DNA from: Octopus sinensis | Lineage: Eukaryota | NCBI RefSeq assembly: GCF_006345805.1 | Contig: NC_043007.1 | Coordinates: 38,502,001-38,566,000, forward strand | Direction: 5' to 3' | Length of the DNA stretch: 64,000 nt | Shown: positions 40,279-53,449 of the stretch, piece after piece | How positions within the stretch are numbered: position 1 is the stretch's first letter | Layout: each line of letters begins with the position of its first letter | Translations under genes and position numbers: made by a program | Notes under the pieces: model-generated | Databases searched by the model: none | Seen by the model: only the letters and a program-made list of their open reading frames with translations | What the model was told of the DNA's origin: nothing

Positions 40279-40664
40279 TTAACCTTTTTTGATACCAACT
40301 CACCTGAAACCGCCTCTGGCTCTGTAGTACAAATGTCTTATTTTCAAAAGTTCTAAATTAAAATCTGCCACCAAGCCTGTCACAAACTAGCTAATGATAA
40401 AGTTATTTTACTAAATTCTTTGTTATATTTAAAATTAATTGAAAGAAACACAGAGCATCATCAACATCATCGTCATTGTTTAGCGTCCGCTTTCTATGCT
40501 GGCATGGGTTGGATGATTCAACTGGGGTCTGGGAAGCCAGAAGGCTGCACCAGGCCCAGTCTGATCTGGCAATGTTTCTACGGCTGGATGCCCTTCCTAA
40601 CGCCAAAATCTCAACAGAAATATGATAACAAATCTCAATAGAAATATGGTAACAAAAAAGTTAA
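40279..40664. mobile_element. TTAA MITE interrupted by an RTE-tail retro-insertion (about 40457-40606)
   Basis: TTAACCTTTTTTGATACC ... GGTAACAAAAAAGTTAA; the insert is the minus-strand RTE tail with (CAT)n at its left end. Confidence 0.7.
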
Positions 40665-41295
40665 AGTTATTGACCCTTGTAAAACAGATTGACAAAGAAC
40701 CATGATAAATGACAACATACAGTGTAGGAGAAAACCTGTACTCTCATGCAAATAAGGCAGAGAAAACACTAAAACAGGTAATGAATGTGGTTGGAATGCT
40801 CTCCTTTCATCCATCCTCGACTCACTCATTGCGTCTATGATACTCTCTGCATCTTTCACTGTATTCATCTGCTGCTACCCCACTCCTACATCTTTTTTCC
40901 ACACTGGCTCTTCAGACATGGCTTCTTCACCACCTTAGCAACACCCCAACCTTCACTCCTCATCTTTCTCTCACCAACACCTTTTTCTACAACTTCTCCA
41001 GCTCCTTATTATCCCTCAGGCCTGCAAAAGCACAGAGCAACTGGTCATAATTCTGAGAAGCAATATCAAATCAGCATTGTTTCACTCAAGCAATAATGAA
41101 TGTCGAATATGTGTGTGCATGTGTTTGTGATATACACACACACACACACAACCCTGCAACAGAGTGACGCTTGGCTCAGGGGAAATGTCAACCTGCTCAC
41201 TAGCCAGTGCAGTGGCATCATTTAAAAGCTACAACAATATGAGGAAGTACATGGTGACCAGCTGTATATAGCAATAACATCTAATAGACTGACTG

Positions 41296-41352
<57 letters not shown>

Positions 41353-41542
41353 TATACACACAATAAATGCTTCTTGCTGCTTCTGACTATCAGATCATCT
41401 CACAGACCAGACTGTAGTAGAAGACAACTAAAGTGAGGCTGGGGATTGAAACCCAAAAAACCATGTGGTTGCAAAGTGAATTTCTTCAGTCTCTTAGCCA
41501 TGCTTGAGACTATGTATGTATGTGTGTATATATATATATAAT

Positions 41543-41590
<48 letters not shown>

Positions 41591-41694
41591 GTGTTAAATA
41601 TGTATATGCAAACTAACACACACTATATTATATACATATACAATATATATCTGCCTATTTATGTTAAATATTACATACACACATATACAGACAT

Positions 41695-42050
41695 TATATA
41701 GGTTCCGGGTTCAGTCCCACTGCATGGCACCTTGGGCAAATGTCTTCTACTATAGCCTTGGGCCGACCAAAGCCTTGTGAGTGGATTTGGTAGACGGAAA
41801 CTGAAATAGGCCCGTCGTACATATGTGTGTGTGTGTGTGTGTGTGTGCGTGCGCGCGCGTATTTGTCCCCAACATCGCTTGACAACCGATGCTGGTGTGT
41901 TTAAGTCCCTGTAACTTAGCGGTTCGGCAAAAGAGACCGATAGAATACGTACTAGGCTTACAAAGAATAAGTCCTGGGAGTCGATTTGCTCGACTAAAGG
42001 CGGTGCTCCAGCATGGTGGCAGTCAAATGACTGAAACAAGTAAAAAAAAA
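41695..42050 (+). mobile_element. SINE family B, well-preserved copy
   Basis: ggttccgggttcagtcccactgcatggcaccttgggcaaatgtcttctactatagcc...gtggatttggtagacggaaactgaaa, (TG)n, then a tail ending ctgaaacaagtaaaa. Confidence 0.8.
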
Positions 42051-43445
42051 AAGACACATGGGCAAAGAGTAAAGAAGTTCATTTCATAACCACAAGGTCC
42101 TGTGTTCACTCCCACTGCATGTCATCTGTATACACGCCTGTCAGACTGATTCACCTGTAATGTCACAGGTTATAAGCTTTGAAGTGTGTTAAGGGTACAC
42201 ATGGCCGTGGAATGCGCAACCATTAATTAGACATCAATTGTGGAACATGGAATTCATCTGACCGATGAAATGTATCTTCATCATCGAACAATGGAGAACT
42301 ACCATCATACATGTGTGTGTGTGTGTGTGTGTGTGTAATTATACAGTATACATGTTTAATATATACTTATATAATTTGTTTGTATTTTACATACACATGC
42401 AGATTGCTTGATGGATGGATGGATAGCTACATAGACAAGTAGTTAGACAGAGAGACAGACATGTAGTTAGATAGACAGATAGATACATAGACAGAGAGAC
42501 AGACACAGATACCATATGTCTGAATATATGAGTATGTCCACGAGAAAAATTATGCATGTATGTGAAAAAATATATTATATATATATATATATAATCTATA
42601 TTTTTGTTATTTTTCATTTGTCCTGCTCGCTTACGTTCATAGTGTGCTAAATTTTTCTCGAGAACAATTCTTAGTGGTTGAGACCCTTGCGGTCTATCTT
42701 TAGCGTAAGAGCGTCCACATAGTGGATTCTCTCTCATATTTGTGTGTGTGTGTATATATATATATATATTTGCATACACATGCACGATGAAAATTGTATA
42801 TGCGTGTGTGTGTGTGTACATCAGAGAAAGAGAGTTAAGGTATTGAAACACTGTGGATGTTGCACGGCGAGAAATTAACACTTGATGAAAGCTGGAAAGA
42901 TTATGAAGACAACGACTGCTGCATGTGTGTGTGTGTGTGTACACACACACATGAATGTGAGTGGGAGAGATAGAGAGGCGAAGATCGAGTGAGTGACTCA
43001 CTGACATTTATATATTTATTTATATAAATGGTTAACAGCGGAGGAATAGACGGAACCGGCTTACCGAAACCCACACTAAGAAATATGAAACTACAATGCT
43101 GGTTATTATTATTTTAATATTATTATTAAATTCTTATTTAATTAAAGGAAGTGTTATTCTTATTCTTCTTCTTATTATTATGACACTTTCATACATTCTT
43201 ATATTCCGTTTTGTTTTCCAAGCAGTAGGAGTGTCTTGAAACGGAGACGTCGCTTAGTTTCTACATATATATACACACATATAAACTGAGTGTAAACTGA
43301 TTATTAAAAAAAAAAGAAAGAAATTGTATGCCTGAACATGTCCTCAAATACATCCTTATTCCCTTATTTTGTCTGTGTGCGCGCGCACACGCACACATAA
43401 TGTATGCATCATTTTATATACGTATATATTACTATATAACATACA

Positions 43446-43513
<68 letters not shown>

Positions 43514-43659
43514 TCAAAACACTTCATTAGTACCTTCTTAGAGAATACCTAATTTAGACGAATTATGCAGTGTGTGCAGTCCATGTGTATCTATTTACTA
43601 CATATACATATGCACGCATACATACATGGGTGTGTATATATATATATATAATATATATA

Positions 43660-43697
<38 letters not shown>

Positions 43698-46263
43698 AAG
43701 TGTGTGTATGGCCGTATATATGCACCGCGTTTAAGTGTGTGAATAAAATGATAAGGAGCGGTATGAAGAGAAGGGAAAATAATGAAAACTAAGAGAACCA
43801 GAGATGACGATGATATTTGGTCGACAAGAACTGCTGTAGCGAATAACAATGGTATTTATGCTGTTGAGCAGTTAGTAATTCCCAAGGACCAAGGCATTAG
43901 TTGTACAGCAATGAAGCTACTAAACGACGAAGAGTGAGAGTCTCGCCTCTACAGAGCACCCACCACTAACTTTTTTTAATTTTATTCTAATGGTTTAGTC
44001 ACACAAGGAAGGACAGCGCCCATCAACCTTTGTAGAGTCTCGAAGAAAAACGGGAACAAAGTTATCGTCAGATCTTGTCCAGAAGCTTGTTTCAAGCCCC
44101 CCAGGTTGTGGTGTTAGACCGGGCGATCAATTACATATACTGCATAAGAAACAGGAACGGTCCCGTTGATGGGCTTCCATAGTTTCCGTTTACGAAATTT
44201 CGCTCAAAAGGTTAGGTTAAACTGAAGACTTTGGGTAAAAGATGCTTGCCCATGGTCGCAACGAGCCTGAAGCCACGTATCTGTGATGCAAATTTCTTAA
44301 AATGCACAACCACGCAAGTCGTCCATGCAGAATTCTTAACCACACACACACACACACACACACAAACACAGGCACATTTTATTCAGACGTAAGTGTGCGT
44401 GTAAAAACTAGCGCTTTATAACCTGAAGGCGTTACTCCTGCATGGCCGCAGTCCTAAGACTAAAAGAAGCGTGCGTGTGTGCAGATATAAAAATCATCAT
44501 TCTGTGTCGCACATGCATGGATGCATGTGCGTGTTTCTCACTCAACATGTATCTCTCTCTCTCTTCCTCCTCTCCATTTTTTTTTTACTGTCTAGCTCAT
44601 CATTCTTTATATAACGCCCTACCTAACACTAACAACCATCTCTAATGAAAACCATTTCTCTGTGTCTTTGTAACCCCCACCTCTCTTTACTGCCTCCTTG
44701 CATCAGCCTCTCTCATATTAGTTCTTGCTTTACACACACACACACACACAGATATTGAGTAGCCCTAGGTCAGCATTGTCTGAGCAGACCTTGAATCAAA
44801 GCCTTTCCAATCGCGACCAAGTCATCGTTTTCTCCCGAGCACAGTACACTGAGAATCATACCATTCAATAAATAGTTTTCTAAAATGGAAGAGTAATGAG
44901 TTGGAGATTTGGTTGCTATTTGCAACGACCACGTAGAGGTTTCTTCCCTAGATTATGCATTATGCGCGCGCGTGTGTATATATATATATATATATATTTG
45001 TGTGTGTGTGTATAAACACGCACACAAACTCGCTAGATAACACATTTTACGTGACCCTCCCCTCTAATGTTTTCTCTCTGTAATATTTCTTCTCTTATTG
45101 AATATATGTGAACCCCCTCCCACTGTAAAACTACTACAACTCTCCTTATTCTCTCTCTCTCTCCCTCACTGTTCCCCCACTTGCAACTATAGAGAGCAAT
45201 GCAACACGCTTTATTGTCGACAGACCGCCCCTCCTACATCATCTTAAATACGAACTGTGGTGTTGACAATGATGATAGTGATGGAAATTCGAAACACACA
45301 CTACATACATATATTAGATAGATAGATAGATAGATGAGAAAGCAGCAGAGTTTCGCAGTTGTATATGTACGCACAATGTGTGAACATAATATATAGCTTA
45401 TATATGGATATTACATACATAATACACACACACACGTTTCAATTTGGTGAGGTGGGGTTCTCAGTACACATACATAATAAAGTATATTCATTTAATAAAT
45501 TTTCACCCAGATCGACTATACATTTCATTCTTCCGGGATCGATAAAATAAGTACCATTAGTAAAATATATATAATCTCCAGATAGATAGAAAACATGTGG
45601 AATATATATATATTCATGAGTGTGGAGTGTTTAATGATTCTACGAGGCGTAGTATAGCCTCAATCCCTGGTCGAGGAGACCCGATGGATGAAATTCGTTC
45701 CCCCACTCACGATCATCCCGTCTATCTAAGAATACACTGTCTAATGTGTCTTTTATTAAAAGACTGTAAGATGTAATTTGAAAGAGACGTGAGAGCTATT
45801 TCTAGCATAGAGATTCCCTCGTTCACTATTATAAAGAGATGTAATAAATATATTTGTATGTGGGAATAATAATTACACGTTTTATGAATCAAAGTATGAA
45901 GGGGAGGGATGGAGTAAAAAAGAAAAAAACCAGATACATCACCATTCACATTTGATTTATAGTGTGGCGGTGGTGAAGTCGGGCATTCGATTTTTAAATG
46001 GATATCCCCCCCTCTCCTTTCCATTCTATACTTCAAATAATAAATAAATGAATAGATAGATGCATATCAAAGAAAATAATGAACTGTAAACACTGTATGC
46101 CTATCCGTGTGTTTTATAGCTAACACAAATAGTATGAGAGAGGAGTGTTTAAGAGGAAACAAACTTCAATTTCATGTAAACATTTTGTTAGATGCATATA
46201 GAAGAAAAATTTTTTAAATGCAAGAACGAAGCAATTTATACATTCAGACACATGTGTGCAGGT

Positions 46264-46301
<38 letters not shown>

Positions 46302-46580
46302 TAAGATATACGTGTGTGCGTGTGTATGTTTCATATATGAACAATATATAAAGTAGTTGCGTCTGTGGAAAAATTACGGGAGTATCTGTAAAAAAGAAAA
46401 AGTGTCCGTGAATGTGTGTGTGTATGTCTGTGAAAATAAATAGGCACATTTGAATGTGTGACGGTGCCGTGCAGTGCCCTGTAATAAGTCTACAGAATTA
46501 AAAATAGATTTTTTTTTTCCTCAGCACAACCAACACACAAGAGACTACGACAAAAAGAAAGCTTAAAAAGGCAAATATAC

Positions 46581-46628
<48 letters not shown>

Positions 46629-47194
46629 AACACATATACACACACAAACAAAAATTGGTTCTTAACGAATACATTACCTGCTCTAAAATAAATCCAATTT
46701 TGTATGAAGCTATAATCACTATTAATACTGTTACAGTTATTAGTAGTATATTATAATAAATGTTATTAGTATTATAACAATACTAATAACAACATATTAT
46801 TACTATTGTTATGGTTGTGTCAATGTGTGTGCAGATATATTAATGTGTGTGTGTGTGTATACACATATATGTATGTGTGTTTGTTTGTTTTGCTTGATGT
46901 TTAACGTCTCTTTTCCTTATATATCCTTGAGTTGTTGATTTTTGGGCCTTTTTTCCCCTTCTTAAAAAATATGTATATATATGTATATATAAATATATAA
47001 CAAATTTAAAAGGTCTAAAATGATGTATTATAAAAAAAGGAGGGGGTGTTTTTTTTGTTGTTGTTGTTGTTTCCTGTCTTTTACTTTTTTTTTGTTTTTG
47101 TTCGTTTCGTTTTTTTTTTTCGCTTTGCTTGTTTTTTTGTTCGTTTTTAGCTTTTCCCCCAAGTTGTTGTTGTTATCAAAGCTAAAAGATAAGC

Positions 47195-47300
47195 CAACTT
47201 TGACTGACGTCAGCTGTCTTTACATCTCGTTCTAATCTCGTCATCTCTCGCCATTTCAGGGTTAGCCTGCACGCTCCTCGCTTACTTCTAGTAGAAGTGA
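47195..47300. promoter_or_regulatory. Candidate core promoter/enhancer motif cluster
   Basis: Perfect CRE TGACGTCA (47205-47212) overlapping E-box CAGCTG (47211-47216); YY1-like CGCCATTT (47249-47256); located in a CpG-rich domain. Motif evidence only. Confidence 0.35.
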
Positions 47301-49269
47301 GGGAGAAAAGGAAAGAGAGAGAGTGAAATAGAGGGGAGTGAAAGAGAGAGAGAGAGAGAGAGAATATGGGGGGAAGGACAAGGGATAGTGTTAATAGAGA
47401 AAGAGAATGTAAGGATTAGGGAAGAAATAGAAGGGGAGGAGAGTAAGAGAAAGGGAAAATAAATATTAGAGAAGGTAAGTAGAGTAACTGGAAACGGGTA
47501 TAAATATATGAGAGGGGTGTAATAGAAAGGGGTATAAATGCTAGAGGGGGAAAGTAGAGTGAAAGGAAAAGGAATAAATGCTAGAGATGGAACGTAGGGA
47601 TATAAAAGGGTAAGAGCAAAGGGAAATGTTAGTGAGAGAGAGGGAATAAATAAAAATGGTGAGTAATAGAGCGAAAGAAATATCAGAGCAGAGAATAGGA
47701 GTGATAAATAAAGATAGTAGTGAGTGAGAGAGAAAGAGAAGAATATGAGTGGAGAGAAAGAAGATTAAGAGAGTGTGTATGTAAGGGTGGGGAGACGTGT
47801 TTTAGTATTTAAAAGACCTTGATAGCACGGCAACCAAAATACTACCAAGGCCAGCGACTGCTAAACTCTTAGCTGTCGTAAAAGCAATTTTAAAGATTCG
47901 ACTGCACTCGTTATGAAACCAATGGTGAAAAGAAAAAAATTTAATAAATGAAACGAGGAAGCCTCTATTTTGTGAATCGCTATTAGAAACAGCAGCCAGA
48001 TATCCCTTAAATCAAACACTTACTACTTTAAAAAAAAAAAAAAATCGAAGAATATATTGGATGTTGGAGTTCCTAACACGATATAGTATTTTATGTATGC
48101 TCAAAGATGAGCTGGCCATGGCTGGAACGTCTTTGATAAAAGTTCTGGTAGATTAGTGCTAATTATGATCGCTAGGCAGACGACTACTAAACTACAAACT
48201 GTCATAAAAACATGCGATTCGATGACGTTCGTTAAGAAGCAGATCGAAACGAAATAAGTGATACAGTAAGAGGGTGTTAACTATTGGGAAAGGGGAAAAG
48301 GACGACTGTGTGATAGAGAGAGAGAAAGGAGAGGAGGGAGGGAGAGATCATTTAGTTTAATTGACGAGAATAAAAGAAAGCAAAGCAGGCTGCTGTGCAG
48401 AGGGGAGTCACATTTTAAAGTCCTTGATACCACAGCAACTGAAATCTAAGCAGTCGACAAATAAACTAAAAACTAGCGTAAAACTGCACTTGACATTCGA
48501 TCCAATATTCAGAGCGATAGATGAAACGAAGTGAGCAGACAGAGCGAGTAGAAAAGTAGGGGGTTGCATCAAAGACCGTTGAAATGAAACGGTGTGTAGG
48601 TGAGCAGGTAATTGGTAAATTCTTGGGAATAAGCGATGGGGAGGAACGAATTTCCTCTACGGCAGTCGTGGGCAGCTTGCGGTCCGTGGGACTTTCTCAA
48701 TGGCACCTCTAACAAAAAGATTTTCTTTAATTCCTTCTTGGCACCTAATTCTTTTAGTATTGCGACTGGTGAGGAACTGTCTCACGCGACCCGCTTCCTG
48801 GAAAAGGTTGCCCGTACATGCTCTTACATGATCGCTCGACCTACTAGAAACAACAGCATACTATTCGTTAAATAATGCCTAACTGATCTATGAAATGGAT
48901 AAGGATTTTCAGATACACTGTCTGAAAAAAATATGGGATAGTCAAAGGAAAGATGAGTCAATTAAGGGAGTTAACTATCGAGTGAGTGACTTCATAGATG
49001 AGCAATGCAGCAAAAGAGACGAATGATGAAGGATCAAAAAAAAAAAAAAACTAAAGGGGAGTTAACTATGAAACATAAACCGGACAAGAAGATGAGCTGT
49101 GCATAGCAAACAAGGGAGTTAACTGGTTAACAACAAAAAAAAAACAGAAAGAAAGAAGCCAAAAGGAATACTTTGTATCATTTGAGAGATACAAAGGTGT
49201 CTTCTTTTTTAATGGCACGGAGGAGGAAAGAATTGTGTCTATACTTTTACAATTTCTATCAGACCAGTG

Positions 49270-50650
49270 ACATCGATGCTGCTAGTGTTAGTCTTGAACA
49301 TTTACAAGCTGATGACAACAGGGGAACACATAGTACATAGTACAGTGAAGAATTCCGGGTAGAGGAAGGGGTCCACCAAGGTTCAATCCTCAGCCCCCTC
49401 CTAGTTATCATAGTCCTCCAGGCAATAACAGAGCAATTCAAGACAGGATGCCTCTGGGAGCTCCTCTATGCTGATGACCTTGCTCTAATTGCTGAGTCAC
49501 TATCAGAACTAGAGGAGAAGTTTCGGGTGTGGAAGTAAGGATTAGAATCGAAGGGCCTTAGAGTCGACCTGGCTAAAATCAATGTCCTAATAAGTAGAAA
49601 AGCAGCCAAACCACAAATCCCTTCAGGTAGATGGCCCTGCTAGCCAGTGTAAGCTTTGGACACATAGGAGGTGCAGCAATATCAAAGAAAGGTTAACTGG
49701 GAAGATAGTTTTTGTATGTGGCAGATGCTCAGGAGCAATAAACACTGAAAATGTGCAGAGAACAACTAACCCTAACTTCTGCTACATTCCAGAAAGAAAA
49801 ACTACAAGTAGTTGATAGCTTCTGTTACCTAGGTGACTAAGTCAGTTGTGGGAGTGGGTGCTCTGAAAGTGTAGCTGCTAGAATAAGAATAGCTTGGGCA
49901 AAGTTCAGAGAGCTTCTACCTCTGCTGGTGACAAAGAGCCTCTTGCTCAGAGTAAAAGGTAGACTGTATGATGCATGTGTACAAACAGTCATGCTACATG
50001 GCAGTGAAACATGGGCAGTGAATGCTGAGGACATGCATAAGCTCGCAAGGAATGAAGCCAGTATGCTCCGCTGGATGTGTAATGTCAGTGTGCATACTCA
50101 ACAGAGTGCAAGTGCCTTGCGAGAAAAGTTGGACCTAAGAAGCATCAGATGTGGTGTGCAAGAGAGACGACTGCACTGGTATGGTCATGTGGTGAGAATG
50201 AATGAGGATAGCTCTGTGAAAAAGTGTCATATCCTAGCAGTTGAGGGAACCTGTAGAAGAGGTAGACCCAGGATGAGGTGGTGAAGCACGACCTTCGAAC
50301 ATTAGGCCTCACCGAGGCAATGACCAGTGACCGAAAACATGCCAGTGGCATGTGGAAAACAACATTTGAGCGAGGTCGTTGCCAATGCCGCTGGACTGGC
50401 TCCTGTGCAGGTGGCACATAAAAAACACCATTTGTGCATGGCCGTTGCCAGTACCACCTGACTGGCCCTCGTGCCCATGACATGTAAAAGCACCCACTAC
50501 ACTCTCGGAGTGGTTGGCATTAGGAAGGGCAACCAGCTGTAGAAACTCTGTCAGATCAGATTGGAGCCCGGTGCAGCCATCTGGCTCACCGGTCCTCAGT
50601 CAAACCGTCCAACCCATGCCAGCATGGAAAGCGGACGTTAAACGATGATG
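49270..50650 (+). mobile_element. 5'-truncated RTE-clade LINE: RT C-terminal half plus complete 3' tail
   Basis: SEEFRV..GVHQGS, LLYADDLALIAES, RVKGRLYDACVQTVMLHGSETW, RRLHWYGHVVRM, GRPR; tail ends ggacgttaaacgatgatga. Confidence 0.92.
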
Positions 50651-50697
50651 ATATATATATATATATATATATACATTGTTTGTTTTCTTGATTTCAG

Positions 50698-50960
50698 CCA
50701 CAATAAAATATTTATCACTATTGAGCCTACTGAACAAATGACAGCCTGAAATTGTTTGAAACAGATGCAGTGGAATTGAGTCAGCGACCAGATTGTAGAT
50801 GTGCTACTCAACAATACACAAGTGAATATAAATGGCATCTGTGTGTTTTAAATCACTATCCCGACTCTTTCATGCTAATTTATGCAAAATTTGCATTGCG
50901 TTTCCTTCAGTCATAGCACAGGTTACATTCACATCAAATTTATTTTTTGCTACCTTTCAG
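50698..50960 (+). other. Possible plus-strand non-coding exon or splice-signal cluster
   Basis: Acceptors ttgttttcttgatttcag (ending 50697) and tttccttcag (ending 50910); strong donor CAG|GTAAGT at 50961. No recognisable ORF. Confidence 0.35.
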
Positions 50961-51525
50961 GTAAGTATATTTAATCCATTCATCATTGTTTAAGAACTTT
51001 AAAGTGTGGGTTAAGTTTTAATTCAGCAGTAAGGGTTAATGAAATAAAATAAACTAAGAGAATTTATTGCAGATATACAGAAAGAACTTGGACATAAAAG
51101 AAACACATAAAATGACTTGGATGTACAAGAAACATACCCAATAAGATATGTACTAATAGGTAGATGGATTCAGTCATTGAGAATTGAACATCAGCACAAT
51201 AGAATGCTTGGCTGGAACATACTTCAATTTGTAAGCATATATTATTTAATATCTTATCCATTTCAATTCCTCGGAGAGCTGGCTAATGATGACAATAAAA
51301 AGTAGAAAAGAGAAAGAGATATGGAATAAGAAGTTTGAAGCCATACCTGGCAATTATTGTTATATGTTCTACAGTCCTGACCATAGCATCAATAAAAATT
51401 ATCATTAGAGCATTAACTACAGTAATGGTTGAGAGGGTAAAGGTATTTGACATGCACACACATACACATATAATATTACATTTGTGTGTGTGTGTACACA
51501 TACACATCTACATATACACCCACTC

Positions 51526-51589
<64 letters not shown>

Positions 51590-51592
<3 letters not shown>

Positions 51593-51945
51593 AATACAAA
51601 ATGGGACAAGAACGCAAAACATCCAGACAGCTAGGTGATACAAAAAGAGACAACAAAACATCCAAATAGACGATACAAAAAAACAAGGACGGGTCATTCG
51701 AAGCCCTTTATCTTCAGTCAAGCACCAGATTAACGTCGCAATTTCGGCTGATTATTCTTGAGATTGCTCCAATCTGGCCAACCCCAAGGAAAAACTAAGT
51801 TAAGAGCATTAGATTCCTTGGAAGAAAGCAGCGAATGTATACAAAAACAATTACAGAAAAAACGGACAAAGTTACACAAATAAATACAATAAAAATAATA
51901 ACAAGACATAACAACAGGTGTCTTTCGACTAAGGACAAATTGAAT
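51590..51945 (-). mobile_element. Probable Penelope-like terminal repeat
   Basis: Minus strand contains ...aataatcagccgaaattgcg... and ctgaagataaagggcttcgaa, resembling the other PLE-like termini in the window. Degenerate. Confidence 0.4.
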
Positions 51946-51947
51946 CA

Positions 51948-52001
<54 letters not shown>

Positions 52002-53449
52002 CACACACACACAGATGCAAATGCATGCACAGATAAGGATACACATCACAGGACTAGGTGGAACAGGATACACATGAATGGAAAGTGTCACTAAAGAGGT
52101 CACAGATGTGTGACGAAAGACTTCCAGACAATGGACATAAAATAAAATAAGAACAATAATAAACAAGTGGAGAACAAATATTTAATGCATGTGTTTATTT
52201 GGTAACAGAAAAAAATGATCATCCCGAAATATAACAATATTTGTTTCAACACACGATTTCACATCAGGAATCTTGCAAAATAAAAATTCATAAAATACAC
52301 ACACACACACATACAGTGTGATCATTAGCATTCTCATTCATCATTTTATGTCCACCTTCCTTATGCTAGCATGAGTTGAACAGTTCAACAGGATCCACTA
52401 TCTTAGTTTTGCCTTAGTTTCTATGGCTGAGTACCCTTATTAGCACCAACCAGTTTACAAAGTATAGTGGGTGCACCTTTTTCTGGTACCTGCACTACAG
52501 AGGTTATCTTACTCTCAGCAAAACAAACAAAAAAAAGTCCTTTCAAACCCAACATCTTTTTTTCTCTGTAGTTCATTAACTTCTTTACACAGAGTGTGCC
52601 AGGAGCTTTTTTCATGCTACCAGCAATAGTGAGATAGCCTTGTAAAGACTCAAACACTGAAAGCGCATAAGAGATAGGAGAAAGATGGCTTTAGTGATGA
52701 CTTTCAGTGAGGTGCTGGAAGAAGTTACAGTATTATACAGGAAGAGTGATGACTTTAGGTAAGTTGATTAGAGAAATTACACATGCAGAATAGAACAGAT
52801 TTATCGTTGAGAGGGATTAGTAGTGGAGAGATTAACAGCAGATGAGACAAGGAGGAACCAGAGCACACTCTCAAAGTAACATGCCTAGGAAGGTGATAGA
52901 AGGCAGCTTAGTAACAGAAGACTCAGGGAGTGTGTGTAGAGGTTGCAAGAGTACAATCCTTCTTTTCCCCACTCAAGCATCATGATTCAGGTCAGAGGAT
53001 GTAGCAGGATATGAGTAGTAGAGGTAGGGAGATTCAGCATGCATAGGTCAGGTAACATCATACAGTGTATAGGGAAAAAAATGGCAGTGAGATGCAGAAA
53101 ATGTATGATATATATAGAGAGAGTGGGGGATTTAGTATGCACAGGTCAAATGCTTTTGTCTCAATATAGGCCTACAGCTTATTCTATACCCTCAAATTAT
53201 AGCAGGCTGCTGCAGGAGGTCAGGTCTTTAGCTGCACCATGTATTATCAATCAACATCTGATCCTGGATCTCACACTTTTGGAACACCCCAATCCCACTG
53301 CTAATTAGATCACTGCAATAACAAAAGCTATCAACTCCTACAATTACTACTAGGCAGCCACCTGGACATTTGAGAGAATCTAGTTTCCAAATGTCCCAAG
53401 TGCAGCAGATGCATTAAGGTTCAAATACATACACACATGCGTGTGTGTG

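Noticed and set aside
42387-43007. 206-aa ORF, the longest in the window
   Set aside because: Composed of (CA), (TA) and (GATA)-type repeats with no domain; the same applies to 24742-25254 and 25175-25600.
47200-47300. miRNA or snoRNA gene
   Set aside because: No recognised mature sequence or box motifs; the palindrome has only a 1-nt spacer.
35307-50650. The two RTE fragments as one element split by an inversion
   Set aside because: They cover complementary parts, but their ~170-bp overlap is only about 80% identical by eye, so they are independent copies.
51690-51790. Hammerhead motifs in the 51.6-51.9-kb repeat
   Set aside because: CTGAAGA and CAGCCGAAA are present but cannot be assembled into a consistent fold by eye.
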